64,000 nt of DNA from Guillardia theta CCMP2712 (GCF_000315625.1 NW_005434669.1:407238-471237), one strand, 5' to 3'; positions 24,902 through 44,513 are shown, numbered from the stretch's first letter. Notes: a model not told the origin generated them from the sequence alone. Translations and numbers: made by a program.

Positions 24902-26060
24902 GGGGAGACTAACGCAGACCAAATTCAATTTCATTCTGGTACTAATTTTAAGTCAACTCGCGCTCGAGGTCGAAAAAGCAAATTGAAATCCAACTAAAAG
25001 TTCATTATATTTGAATTTCAAACGATGCGTTTGCAATTTCCGAATTTCGTCGCCCCTCCCTGCCATGGTAGGCGGGACGGGCATGTCGCTGGTGGATAAC
25101 ATACCCATCAATGATGGGTCGGATGATTATGAATTTACCTGCAGTGATGGAGAAGAAAGCATTTCCGAATCGTCCAGTGACGAAACTGAGATCTTAGGTC
25201 CACCGCAGAAGAAGAGATATCTTCGGAAAGGGAACAGGATCGGCAACTGGACGAAGAGGAATATGAGCAGGAAGAGGCTTGATTGGTACAAGTTTCAAAG
25301 AACTTTGAGTGACTATCAATTTCGTATATTCTATCGAATGTCTCGCACTGCATTCTAACATCTTTTGTCTCTCATTCGTAATGATATTACTGGCAAAGAG
25401 GAACATGGAAGGAGGGGCAGTCCACATGGGTGTATCACGGAGGAGTTGAAACTGTCCATGATAATCAGATGGCTGGCAGGTGGCTCATACTTAAATATTC
25501 ATCACTTCCATTGAGTCTCTGATTGTGCGCAAGAATGAAGTACTTGTGGCCATCTCGAATTGTGACCGTCCCTTGCGCATCAGATATCCTGATTTGAAGG
25601 ACACAAATGCTTTGCAAAGCATCGCCACAGGCTTCAAGATGAAATCTTCTCGTGGCGTTTTTGATAGATGCATCGGTGCCATTGAAGGAGTACTGATTAA
25701 ACCGCATTGTATCAAAGGAATGGAGTCGTACAGAGCTGCACGTTATTTCACTCGCAAGGGATACTATGCATTGAGAACCGTCGATTCCTTTGGTATGGTA
25801 TACACAACCCGGTTAGTACACATGATAGCCTTGCTTTCTGCAAAGGAAAACTGGAGGATCTCAACCTCCTCCGTCCTTCTGTGCGTCGGTAGGTGGAGCC
25901 TTGGCAGCATCTTGTTGTAACGCGAAGAAAATGAGGGTAAAATTGGATATTTGATGTTATATTTAGCTCTCAGAATACAACTATTTATGTTTCAAACCGT
26001 TTCACGTAACGAATTATTTCAAGATTTGCGAAATTGAATTTGGTCTGCGTTAGTCTCCCC
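24902..26060 (+). mobile_element. Non-autonomous (internally deleted) PIF/Harbinger DNA transposon
   Basis: Perfect 31-bp TIRs GGGGAGACTAACGCAGACCAAATTCAATTTC (24902-24932 and 26030-26060); TTA TSD at 24899-24901 and 26061-26063; transposase remnant inside. Confidence 0.95.
25065..25860 (+). pseudogene. Harbinger DDE transposase remnant
   Basis: FRIFYRMSRTAF*, IRWLAGGSY, CIGAIEG (canonical GAIDG), YFTRKGYYAL and STHDSLAF, split by stops and frameshifts. Confidence 0.9.
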
Positions 26061-26437
26061 TTAGTCAGGCTTGAAACTTGAACTCGTGAAGGCGGCCGGG
26101 TGCCGCGACCGAGTCACAGAGTCAGTCGGTCGGAGCCTTTCCGGCGATCATAGGTACCGTACTGGCCTCTTAGTACGCAGCCTTGATGAGCGGCACCGGG
26201 CCGGAGTCTGGCGGCTCGCCGCGCCGGGCGGAGTCCGTCGCCCGGCCGGTACGGTCGGCGGGCCGGGCAAGCCTGCCCCGGGCCGAAGTATCCTGAAGAA
26301 GGCAGCAAAAATCAAATAGCTGAACTAATGTATACTGTTCTTCTGCCTTTTGAACCCCCTCGAAGGGGCATGGCTGTGCGCTGTCGCCTAATCCCAGCAT
26401 GGCAAGGAAGAGCCGATAGCGAGAAGATGCGTTGTGA

Positions 26438-28712
26438 ATGACTAGTAGAGGAAGCATGAAGCAGAAGAGGCGGGAGGAACTCCTGCTTGCTGCCTTCATG
26501 GTGTTATCTCTCGGGATCATGGCCATAGGGTTGAACAACTTTCGAAACCAGACACCTGTCGGCATGATGTCAATTGACGAGAACTTGATGAGACACGACA
26601 GCAAAGCAAGAGGAAACGGCCAAGACAGTGTGATGGAATCTGATGTGGAGGGGTTACTAAATCAACGGCTAAAGTTGTTAGAGAAGGAGAGAAACAAACT
26701 TGTAGCCAAGAAGAAAAGAGAGGTCGCCAGCAGGTTGAAATTCAAGCGAGAGGCAAGAATGAAGGTGATAAGGCACTTGAGTCAGATCATGAATCGCCAC
26801 CCCTCTCTCATGACAGATCTTGAGCGTCTGTCGGATGCAGATGGCAGAGTGCCTCTTCACTCGATTGAGCAGAAAATGCAGCAGTACCACAAACTTGAGC
26901 TCCAGCGCCAGTTTCTGTTGCGCCACCCTCACAGAGCGAGCATGTCTGTGATCAACTTGGCACAGAGCCAGTCCGCACCTGCTTCTTCAGGAGGCCTCGG
27001 GTGGTCCTTGAGCTTGAGACGGCAGGAAACGAATGGGACGTGGGGATACTGGCGAACTCCGGAAAACTCCAACAACTTTGCCGGGCAACAACAGCCTGTG
27101 GAGAACACGAATCCGTTCGGAGAGCACGTCATCGGACGCGACATGGACTCTGACGTCAATGCCTCACTGATCGAGGAAGGGCAGGATAATCCGCTGCTAG
27201 ACATCGTGGAGGGCAAGGGCTTCCCGAAGATGTTCTACGAGAGCGACAACTTCGCACCGTGCACCGACCCAGACAAGTGCACGCTCACTCACACGAGGTA
27301 CGGGCCAGGAGTTGGAGGGCGGGAGGATAGGAAGCTTGAGCGCAGGCGCGTTAAGTATGAGTACGAGCACGAACCTTTCATGAAGGACCGCATCGTCAAT
27401 TGCAGTGCAGACCGTCGATCGCCGAATTATCATCCTGCGTGTGATCGAGGGCGGAACAAGTACGGCAGGCCGCTAAGGCCAGGAGGATTCCCGGACGACA
27501 ATCAGATAGTGGACGATTACATCTACAGAAACTCTTTGCAGCCCAACACTTATGAGAACGTTACCATCTATCCCCGAGAGATGTATAGACAGCGACAGTT
27601 GCCGATTGTGAACCCTAACGGGGTAATGAGGACGACGTATCCTGGAACGGGGAGATATGGTGGGCTGACCGGACCTCCTTGGTTCACGGAAGGTCCCGTC
27701 GGAAGCGAGGAGGGATCTGTCACCGCGCACTCAGCTCTTGGAGGAAACAGTGACATGCAAGTGAAATCGCGAAGCTGGAGCGATGTTGGGCTGGGTGATC
27801 GAACGGTTCCAGCTCAGGACAGTGTCGGACAAGTTTTGCCAGGGATGGAGGAAGCGGAGCAAGGTAAGAAGCTTCAAGTCTCATGTTTTCGTTCTTCAGT
27901 CTGTCCTGCGGTCTTTAATCTTCGTGATTGTGCTAGGAACTTATCTCACTCATCCAACGGGAGGGTATTTCCGAACTGGGATGCGTCCAGCTCTGCATGC
28001 TCAGAAGCCGCGTCCGTTGGATGAGCATTATGACGTGAAGAGTGAGGTAGATCAGAGAAAGTGTGTCAGAGGCTAATGCTGACATCGTGTATTTGATCAC
28101 CAACGATAGAGTCCAGTATATCTTCAGAACTTGGCTCTACACATCAAAAATCTGCTTCACCCTCTCAAAGGTACTTGGTATGTCCTTGTGAGTTCATATC
28201 TGATTCCATGCCAGAATCAAGCAAGGAAATCATTTCGACACAAGCAGGGCTTCAGCGATCACAGGACCGGGTCAGCTCACCATCCCCTTGCTGCCTCGAA
28301 TGATTTTGGAGCGTTGCTGCAGGTCAAGAAAATCAGGTCAGAGTTGGCTAAATGGCGCCATGATGTTGAGGTTGCGCTCATCTCCTCTGCTGTTGTCGGA
28401 GTTGACTTGATTGTAGTCCGGCAAGCCGGCAGTATATCCCCTCAATGAGATCGAGAGCTACTCCCGCACACCAAACCAGTAAGACTTTTCTTGCCTGCTG
28501 CCCTTGTGGGGCTAACGATGGACCGTGGCAGATTGAAAGGGAAGGACGAGCCTAATGCTCTCAAGGTGATTTTAAGGAGCTTCGATAATCCTGGTGAGCC
28601 TGAAGACTTCCAGGTGGCCAGAAAAGCTGCCGAGCCTGAAAAACAGTGGGGCCTGGGCAAGATGATGCGAAGTTTCGAGCAAGACCTTGACAGCCTGAAG
28701 ATTGAGAGTTAA
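26438..28712 (+). CDS. Hypothetical type II membrane/secreted protein; multi-exon 3' end
   Basis: 528-aa ORF with anchor LLLAAFMVLSLGIMAIGL and a coiled coil; short downstream exons. Confidence 0.7.
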
Positions 28713-28799
28713 GGATCAAGTGCTCGTTCCTTGTAAATATTCCTGCAAACTGCCACCGTTGGCTATCCCGTCCCTCGCCTGATGAGCGGTCTACAAAAA

Positions 28800-28886
28800 G
28801 GGTTGCTGTAACGATGGACTGCCCCATCGTTAGGGCGGGGTAGTCCATCCTTAGGGGTAGGGGTAGTCCATCGTTACATCAACCCC
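28800..28886. mobile_element. Miniature inverted-repeat element (about 87 bp)
   Basis: Arms GGGTTGCTGTAACGATGGACTGCCCC and GGGGTAGTCCATCGTTACATCAACCC pair at 24 of 26 positions. Confidence 0.7.
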
Positions 28887-29309
28887 TATGTGGTACAGTG
28901 CTTTCATCTAAAATGACCGGGTACTTCTTGATAATTTATCAACCTGATCTACCCTACCCACCTGGTACTACCCTGCCTTGAACTGTTTTAGAGGCTATGC
29001 AGCATGAGCAGCGATGCAGTTCGAGTAGGGCAGAGCGACCCTGCGATACAGAAGCCCCTAGCTTCCCTTCCTGATCTCCTCCTCCTTGATTGATGCCCGG
29101 AAACTTTCTTGATGCCTTCGGCTGAGAATGTTGTGAAGGCTATAGATCATTCTTGCTTGTCCTTTCGTTGAAAGACTTTGTGTGGGCGTCCAATCGCGTG
29201 TTGTCGTCAGAGGGGTTAAGATTCATGCAACTGTTGTGAGTGATTACGTGATGCTTCTCTGTCATATGGCCAGAATGGCTCTGACACACTAAAGGAAGAA
29301 GTTTTCAAG

Positions 29310-30382
29310 ATGATACTTGCGAACTCGACTGAACTTGTTAGTGCAGGTCATTTGCAACGAGGCAGGATGACGGAGCTGCGAGATATGCGGCATCTCGACT
29401 ACACTCCAGTACAAGTGTGTGATGACTCAATCAAGATCAAGATCAAGACGCTAGATGATACAAACTCATGGGAGGTGGAGGGAGAAGGGTCGTGGACTGT
29501 GAAACAACTCAAAGACCATTTGAAGGAAAACAAAGGACTTGTGAACAAGAAGATCCGTCTCATTCTCTTGGGGAAGATGCTCGAAGACTCGCATACATTG
29601 AATTCTTATGGTGTTAAGGACGGGGACTTTTTGCATGCCGCGATTTCTGACGAGCTGCCACAAGCTGAGGTCGGGGTGAACATAGGGAGGGAAAGAAATT
29701 CAGATGAAAATGAGCTGCGAGGATTTGATCGCCTTTTGCAAGCAGGGTTTAATCGTACAGAGATTGAGATTCTACGCATCCAATTTCATTCTCGCCGGGG
29801 CCACTTTGGACGACCGCTATCGGAAGCTGAAGCCGTCGAACTGGAGGAGGAATGGCTGGAGCAGAACTCGGATGGAGCTTTGATGGCCTACGGCAACAAC
29901 CGAGATGGTGCCATGTAATGTTGGAGGATTATGCAGATCTGATTTTGGTTCCTTTCGATCGCAGAGTTTGGAGGTACACGAAGGATGGATAGAGTGATGG
30001 AAGAAGTGGCGGAAGGAACGCAAGCAGATATGATGCTTGTAACACTCTTGAGTTTGATGCGTGATCGTGCCTGATGTAGCACGTGACAGGGGCTAGTAAT
30101 GGGGTTCATCTTTGGAATCATTATGCTGTTTTGGATCTGGGAGCGAGGCATTCCCCGGCGGCAAAAGCTCGGTATGCGATGAAACCTTCTGATTGTCAAG
30201 TCGTTTGACCCAGGTGTTAGGTATCCTCTGCGGAATCGGTTGCAACCTCACGGTAAGTACCTTGTCTTTACTTTCCTTTGCCTCCTTGTCTTAGCAATCT
30301 TTCCTACTTGCAGATGGGTATGATCCGCTTACAAGCCCGTACGCATGGAGGAAGGGCAGACGGGGCACATTCGCACCCATGA
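29310..30382 (+). CDS. Dsc3-like protein (ubiquitin-like domain plus C-terminal transmembrane region); multi-exon
   Basis: UBL: TVKQLK..IRLILLGKMLED..FLHAAISD. Dsc3 signature RGFDRLLQAGF..LRIQFH..LEEEWL. TM region GLVMGFIFGIIMLFWIWE..RRQKLGILCG. Confidence 0.85.
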
Positions 30383-30583
30383 GCATATTCATATGATGAG
30401 ACGAAGTAGTTCGTTGACCTTCTTGTGTACAATTAGTTCACGTCTTTGATCTCAATAGCAATCGGTGTATCTTGACAGAGATATAGCGTTGTAAGGAATG
30501 ATGAATTTCTCCTTTCTAAGGCTTTTTCTCCGCACCTTGAATTCGCAAGCGAAACCGCACAAGGAGTCTATCACGTTCATACA

Positions 30584-31270
30584 TTACAGGGATTTGCAAA
30601 CCTCTTCAATTTCAGGAGCAGCAATCTTCGACAGATCTTCGTAAGTCTGCTTCTTGAAGTCTACTGATCGCTGGACAAGCTCCTCCCATGTCGACCACTT
30701 CACCCTCGTGAACTCTGCTGGCTCTCCTATTCCATTCAGATTCACGGGAGGCAACCCATCTGATGGGTAAAGGAACAAGGTCCAGTGCATTTCCTGCCCA
30801 CAAAATCCAGCTTTGTGAAGCCAAGATTTTCCGGGCACATCATACTTGTGGGTCTCACATAGTGACTTGATCGTCTTGACTGTTGGCTCCCGCAGACCTG
30901 TCTCTTCAAAGAGCTCACGTGCAGCTGCCTCTGTAGGGCTCTCCCCTTCCTCAATACCTCCTTGTGGGAGTTGCCACGCCCCTGCCTTGTCCTTCCGCTC
31001 CCCCAACAGCAGCTGCTTCTGCTTGTTGAAAACTATCGCCCCAGCACATGGCCTGTATCTTTTCGTGCTGTCCTCCATTTTTGCCGACATGAACGCAACA
31101 CGACTAAACTGACGTTGACGTTGCTGCAGATGTGTTTCTCTGGGAGCACCCAAGTAACTGCAACCAAAGGAATGAGCTGAGGTAGCACACAACAGCGTGG
31201 ACACGAGGATACGAGAGGGCGCACTGCGCATCGTGTGGATGGAAGCAGAAGACAAGTGGGTAGGTCGCAT
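30584..31270 (-). CDS. Nudix hydrolase (RppH/Ap4A hydrolase family), probably plastid-targeted
   Basis: YRPCAG, WQLPQGGIEEGESPTEAAARELFEETGL Nudix box, GQEMHW, VDFKK; signal peptide ending AHS-F followed by a transit-like stretch. Confidence 0.92.
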   Translation of the reverse strand: MRPTHLSSASIHTMRSAPSRILVSTLLCATSAHSFGCSYLGAPRETHLQQRQRQFSRVAFMSAKMEDSTKRYRPCAGAIVFNKQKQLLLGERKDKAGAWQLPQGGIEEGESPTEAAARELFEETGLREPTVKTIKSLCETHKYDVPGKSWLHKAGFCGQEMHWTLFLYPSDGLPPVNLNGIGEPAEFTRVKWSTWEELVQRSVDFKKQTYEDLSKIAAPEIEEVCKSL

Positions 31271-31838
31271 TCAGCAGTCTGAGGAAGGGAAGCGTTAGCA
31301 TAGTGATGATTGTGGAAACGAAGATCATTGCTGCATTAGCAGGTGATTGAGATTGATTCTTGACAAATACGAAACAACAAACAGGAGTGTGGAATGACAG
31401 GAGTTTGAAGTTGTTTTGAGCAGCAAAGGACGAGGAGATAGGAAGAGATGAATGAAGAGAAGGCAGCAGGAAGGGATGGAGAGCATGGATTGAGGACCCG
31501 ACGGCAGCAGCAGCAGTAGGAAACTTGAGCGAGAAGTTGATTTATACGGGGGAGGTGATTTGTAACTACTAAATAATATTGTATATTTGTATGAAAATGT
31601 GAAATTCAGTACAATTTTCTGTACAATCAGTTGTAATTGTACTATGAAAATCTACAATATCTGCAGTAGGTGGATAAAATTGTCTGAGGCGGGGTGAAAG
31701 GAAAGCGGGCATGCTGGCAAGCGCGAGGGTTGATAGGGCATTGCGCGGCTCTGGGCGATGATGGAGAGAGGAGAGGAACTACTCGTCATGCAACATGGCG
31801 AAAACATGAGAAGATCAAACCCTGTATGACCGGAAGCG

Positions 31839-38970
<7,132 letters not shown>

Positions 38971-39011
38971 GAAATAAAACACAAACTTGATGAAATTCTC
39001 TCAAGTTATCC

Positions 39012-40719
39012 TCAAGCAACCTCCTCCACCTCCCCAGCCTCCACCAGAGCTTGCAGGAGGGGATCTTGCACGTCCTCTGACGCTCCCGCCTTCCTCCCTC
39101 CCTGCCCTCCAGACTTTTCTCCTCTGCCCTCCATCTCAGACTCGCAGGGGACGAGAGGGAGGAGGGGGAAATAGCACAGGCCACCGGCCAGCTGCATCAT
39201 CGCTGTAATGAGAAACGTGATGGTGTAGTCGCCAGAGCTTGCATCGGTGAGAATCCCTCCGAACACAGCACTGCCGCACCAGCCAAACTGCATGAGGGAG
39301 GACAGGCTCTTCCAGCGGGCTCTGGTCTCCTTGCTCACCCAATCCATCTGGATGCTCTCCTCCAGCGGGTAGGTGCTGTTGTTGGCTGCCGTCCTGATGA
39401 GGTAGATGGGGATCATCACCATCCACGAGTGCCGCTGTTCCTTCAAGACGATCATGAGTAGGAGGAACGAGACGCCGACGGCTCGAGCTGCTATCATGAT
39501 CTGCACCCTCCCGAACCTCCTTGACAGGAACTGAGCGAAAGTGGAGAAGATGGCGATGAGGATAGGAACCGAGACATAGATCCCCTGGACCTGAGCAGGA
39601 GAGAGTCCGACGCCGTGCTCCTTGCTCTTAAAGAAGAGGGGGAAGAACTTGATAGTCATACCGGAAGCCAGCGCGACCTGCCCAACACGGTCAGAGGAGA
39701 GGCGTCAGCAAACTTGACGGACCAGGAGGTCGGAGACGAAGAGGATGTAAGGGATTGATGCGCGAGTGAGACAGCCGCAAGATCGGACCTCCTGCTTCTC
39801 ACTGTCCTCGACGGGAGTTTCGAGCTCAGTGTTATTTGTTTCAATTTCTCCTTGACCTCCACCAGCACCAGCACCAGCACCAGCACCAGCACCAGCACCT
39901 GCACTAGCACCAGCACTAGCACCCGCTTCTCCTCCTCCTCCTCCTCCTCCTGCTCTGTTTTGAGCTGCATCCTCTGATGGCCGGAACAACATCAGCAAGA
40001 ATCCGACTGGAATCTCAAGCAGGACGCCGGCCAGGAGGACTCGTCGAAGTTCATCCTGCGTCCACTGATCGCTCCCCCAGACCTTGAACAGGACGATGCT
40101 CGTCGCTGGGCCTACGGAGGAGGGGATGAGGTAGGAGAGGAACTGATAGTTGTACCACGTGCTCCTCTTTCCATCAGGCACGCAATCAGCAAAGAGAGCT
40201 TGCACGGGACCTGTGAACACTCCATTGGCGAACCCCCAGACGATGGCCGAGAAGAGGAGGAGCTGGTACTCTTTTTCTGCCGTGACTGCGTTGCCCGGCC
40301 AGACGGCGTACACAGTCAAGGAGATGGCCGCAAGGTACGCCAGCCCTCCCACAGCGATGATGCGATGCCTGGGAGTCTTGTCGGCTATCCACCCCACAGG
40401 AAGCGCGAACGCCAAGGTTGAGGCTCCCAGCACAGCCTCCACCACACCCTGCCATGCCGTGTCAGAAATTCGTTTTTGAGCTTCGGTTCTGTTCATGCAA
40501 AGATGTAGGTATTTGGGCATTTTGGATCGTGCTTCACTTACAACTTTGGTGTTGGAAGAGTTTGATATAACGTACAGGTAACCAGCGAATATGGTCCCGT
40601 TCCATATCGAGTCCGCTAAACCAGCAATGCTCGAAATAACCTGCAGAAAAGCGCCGATCAGAAGGCATGGGGAGGAACAGGAGCAGCGTCACCAGGCAGA
40701 GAACCACGTTATGGTTCAT
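39012..40719 (-). CDS. Major facilitator superfamily transporter; multi-exon
   Basis: Motif A GWIADKTPRHRII; QALFADCVPDGKR; FLSRRFGR; many TM helices. Confidence 0.88.
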
Positions 40720-41042
40720 GTCCGCTTCCTGCTGTCCTGCGGGGGAGGAATATGAACAGTTGGGATGGACCGAGTTATGAGGAAATGAGAACCTGTTCAC
40801 CCAGCTGGTGCCTTGCTCAGAGCATACTTCACCTCGAGCAGGTCTCGACTCTCGTCCTTACCCACCTCTCCCTTCCACCTCAGCGCCCTCACTCCCTCCC
40901 CCACGTACGCTCCAGACGCTCCATCAAGCGGCGGGAAATCTTCCAAGCCTGCCTCAGGGCTCGGGAGATTGGCGCTCGGCCCCGGGGGGGGGTCGGCCCG
41001 GACCGAAATCGAGTCACTGGCTGCGGTCACAGTGATCCTCGT

Positions 41043-42055
41043 ACCTCCATTTACTCAAAGTTAAGTTAAAAATCAGTACGAGGACAATCAGGAGAGACGA
41101 GGAGGCTTGAACCTGACACTAGTACGTGTCGAACTGGCCACACGGCTAGAAGAGAAAAGACAGCGAGAACCAAACCTAATCCTGCCAACTGCTGTCCCCC
41201 AAACTTAACTGATTGTACATGTCACCCCCTAGCAACTCCGAAATTTGCATCTGTTGACCGTCTGACACTTCAACAGTGAGGCTCCACCCCAACCGCCGAG
41301 CTTCCGCATCCAGTCGTATTTTGCTGCGGTGCAGGGGAGACGGCGAAAAGATGCGATTTCGTGAGCCTGTCTGATTCTGAGTCTTACGACCCGAACCTGC
41401 GCCGCCGCGAGAAGTAGTGATCTCGAAGAAACGAGGGTGTTGACGGATATGGTCACGGCTACAATACTGTCAGCATCTCTCGAGTCCCTGTGGTCGGTCC
41501 GAGGGACGGCGTAAGGAATAAAAAACATGGAAGCTGGGGTGGAGATGAGGGCCGCACTGCGGCAACAATGGTGGGGTGGGGTTTCAATCAGGGGGTGAAA
41601 ATATCAGGGGCTAACATTTTCGATGCCTTCTTGGCGTCTCTTCCGTGAATTCAAGGGACTGGATCATGCGGTATTTACTACAGGTGAGAAGTTTCACTTT
41701 CAGGACGAGGAGATACCGTGACCCGGACCGCGAGCAGGCCTGACGCTATCATGAACACAAAGGGTGTGACATCGAGTCGTCTCGCCTGAGCTGACTTACT
41801 AACTAAAACTTGCGACTGCGGGCTGTACCATTGCTGCAAAGTGCGGCACGCTTGGCTGACTCCTGTCACGATATTATGCGCCTCTGTAAGCTCCTGGAGA
41901 TGCGTGACGCTCACCATATCCAGGCGCATCTTATTTAAAACTACTGTTATAGACAGGGAAGCCTTGCGATCTCTACAAGTAACCTGCCAGGTGCATGGGG
42001 CAACCGGTGACGTAACTACCCACCACCCCAGAGTCTCCATTGTTTCGCCCATTGA
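41043..42055 (-). mobile_element. Decayed element, possibly a non-LTR retrotransposon remnant, ending in the dispersed motif (copy 2, 41043-41091)
   Basis: Terminal motif shared with 10784, 44427 and 44482; weak APE-endonuclease-like peptides LDMVSVTHLQEL and GLLAVRV on the minus strand. Confidence 0.4.
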
Positions 42056-42504
42056 ATCGGTGAGATAATATCACCCTACCCTCCGACTTGTTGAACATGG
42101 ACGGTCTGCGTTTCCCTGATTGTATCACGAAACCGACTTTCTGCTGACACACGTGTCTATCACTATGACGTAACCATTACCGGAATTCATGGAAAAGAAT
42201 TGTTTTCGGAATGAAAGGGAAGCTCTCGTGTGGTAAAGGTTCCAACGATGGATGACGAAAAGATGTAGTTTCGAGAATTAAAAGTTGTCAGCAGATCCGC
42301 GGTGAGACTACTTTCCTCTGGCTAAGCAGGACTCTAGTTCACCAACCCTCCCACACGATCGTTGCCACGAGCAAACCTGAGCTGCTTCTAGTGCTGTCAG
42401 CCCTTTCTCCATATCTTCTCTCGAGACATCCATACACTCCTCTAATACTTCGTTCGCCTCCTGTGTAACTGTACTTGATTTGTGAACTTTGTCCTAGCGT
42501 CAAA

Positions 42505-43224
42505 ATGTCGTCTATGTTGCTCAATCATTCCTCTATGTCCTATCGTGGAGGCGGGGACCGGGAAGTTCATCTTTTCCCCCGAAGAAAAGTTGGACAACAA
42601 GTCATTCCGCACAAGGGAAGACGACCTCTCGTGATCGATTTCTCGGTCCTACAATCCCTCTTCGATATTCCACAACTGCAAGCCAGCAAGCGACTCGGCA
42701 TCTCCCTGACCGCGATGAAGCAGCTCTGCAGAAAGCTTGGCGTGAGCAGGTGGCCATATCAGAAACCCGGGAAAAAGGGGAAAACAATCAGGAGAAAAAG
42801 CCAACAGCTGAGCCCTGCAGCATTGGGCGAGACCAACTCACTACCGGTTGCTGAACAGCCCGTGCAAAGTTTGGTGAGCAAGATTGAGAACGGCAGTGCA
42901 GCACAACAAAATGAGTCTCTGACCCCAGAGGTTGAAATCAAGAAGGACGAGGAGACACTGCCCACAATGCAGGAGGACAACATTGCTTGCATGCTGGGCG
43001 TCAACTCAGTGGACGATTCAGCCGACGACGATGATTCGAACTACCTCTCATCATCGTCCTTGTCCGAATACGAGAACGATGTTCTGCCGCAAATGGAAAT
43101 ACGTCCTGATCAACTGGCCTGTGCGGAGTGCTTGCCTCTCGAACCGGATTGGATCGCATGGTACATGGCTCATGATGGCAACGTTTCGATTTATCCGCCA
43201 TTCGAAGCTTTCTGTGGACTGTGA
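42505..43224 (+). CDS. RWP-RK transcription factor (intronless)
   Basis: LFPRRKVG..LQSLFDIPQLQASKRLGISLTAMKQLCRKLGVSRWPYQK. Confidence 0.92.
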   Translation: MSSMLLNHSSMSYRGGGDREVHLFPRRKVGQQVIPHKGRRPLVIDFSVLQSLFDIPQLQASKRLGISLTAMKQLCRKLGVSRWPYQKPGKKGKTIRRKSQQLSPAALGETNSLPVAEQPVQSLVSKIENGSAAQQNESLTPEVEIKKDEETLPTMQEDNIACMLGVNSVDDSADDDDSNYLSSSSLSEYENDVLPQMEIRPDQLACAECLPLEPDWIAWYMAHDGNVSIYPPFEAFCGL

Positions 43225-43567
43225 ATTGGAAAGCAACATTGTTGTATCTTTTTCCGGTTAGGCCGTGGCCTGACATTGTAGAATTGCCCTCTTGCAAACA
43301 TCGACTCTGTTTTTTTTTTTTGTTGTCTTCATAAAAAGTATGAATTGTACATTGCTACATTTTGAGATTCTGATCAACCAACCCATCATCCTTTGCAAGG
43401 ATGAGAAATTGCTTTTCCAGGAAAAAAAGCCGATGAAGCTAGCTTTGAGAATTCTTTAAAATTTAGATCGTATCTATGATTACAATTTATCAGAATCATA
43501 ACAAGGGACGTCGATGTTTCCATCCTCTCGATTCGTCCTTTTTCATCCACCTTCCTTTGTCATCCAA

Positions 43568-44127
43568 CTAGCATTTATCCTTCTGTATATGGAAAACATT
43601 CTGACAATAGTCAATGTTCTCATTGTTTCGGATACAAGTGAGGTAATTGTTCCTCAGACTGCTGAAACAAACTTCTTTCCCTTGCCAATTCGGATCTTGG
43701 CAATCATTCTCAACACAATCGATGAAAAGATAAAAGCATGGTTGCGAATCCCGGCCAAGTACTTGCCCACAAGTACTGTAGTCACCTCTACATGTATCTT
43801 TGCAAAACCTTGTTGAAAGAACAGACATGGGTGAATACGCCAATGCTATCTCCTGTGGATTCACTTGCATCTCAGGTTGCAGAAACTGGCCCGCAGCGTC
43901 ACTGGCATGACAATGCGCACAGAAATCAGAAACCTTTCGATATAAGAGAGTGTTTGATTTCAAAACACTGTTGCTGTGTCTTCCCGAACGGCTGATTACA
44001 ATCAATGCAAACAGCATGGTTGTCGCAAACAGCGCTCCAAGAAACCTGCAAGAGGATTAGTTCCGCAGATGACGTACAGCACAAAACATAAGGAAATAAC
44101 CACAGTCAGTCACCTTTCCATTTTCAT
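43568..44127 (-). CDS. Small secreted/anchored cysteine-rich protein
   Basis: MKMER / FLGALFATTMLFALIVIS leader and about 12 Cys; plausible short introns. Confidence 0.6.
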
Positions 44128-44426
44128 AAATGCAGTGCGAATGCATGACAGTGATACACAAAAACGATTTCTCCCATCTCTCATCCCTGGCTACCAATCA
44201 AATCTACTCGTTCATGAAGGTCTGGATGCATTACCCAGCCACTTGTATCCTGCCGCTCATTACCTCGAACAAAACAGCAAGGCACATGGGTGAACATGCC
44301 TAGAAACAATTGATCTTGTCTTTGGTGTTCGGTTGTATAGCACATTTGCACGCTTTTGTCCCATGCTTACCGCCATTGAAGAGCCATTTCGAGGAGTGGA
44401 TTCTAGCCAAAAATCAGTCATCTTTT

Positions 44427-44513
44427 ACCTTACTCAAAGTTAAGTTAAAAATCAGTACGAGAACGATCAGAAGACTGTACAACCTCTTTTACTCAACTTG
44501 AAGTTAAGTTAAA
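44427..44513. repeat. Dispersed element-end motif, copies 3 and 4 in tandem
   Basis: TTACTCAAAGTTAAGTTAAAAATCAGTACGAGAACGATCAG followed by ACCTCTTTTACTCAA[CTTGA]AGTTAAGTTAAA. Confidence 0.85.

Noticed and set aside
28779-28800. CTGATGA resembling a hammerhead ribozyme core
   Set aside because: No stem II followed by GAAA.
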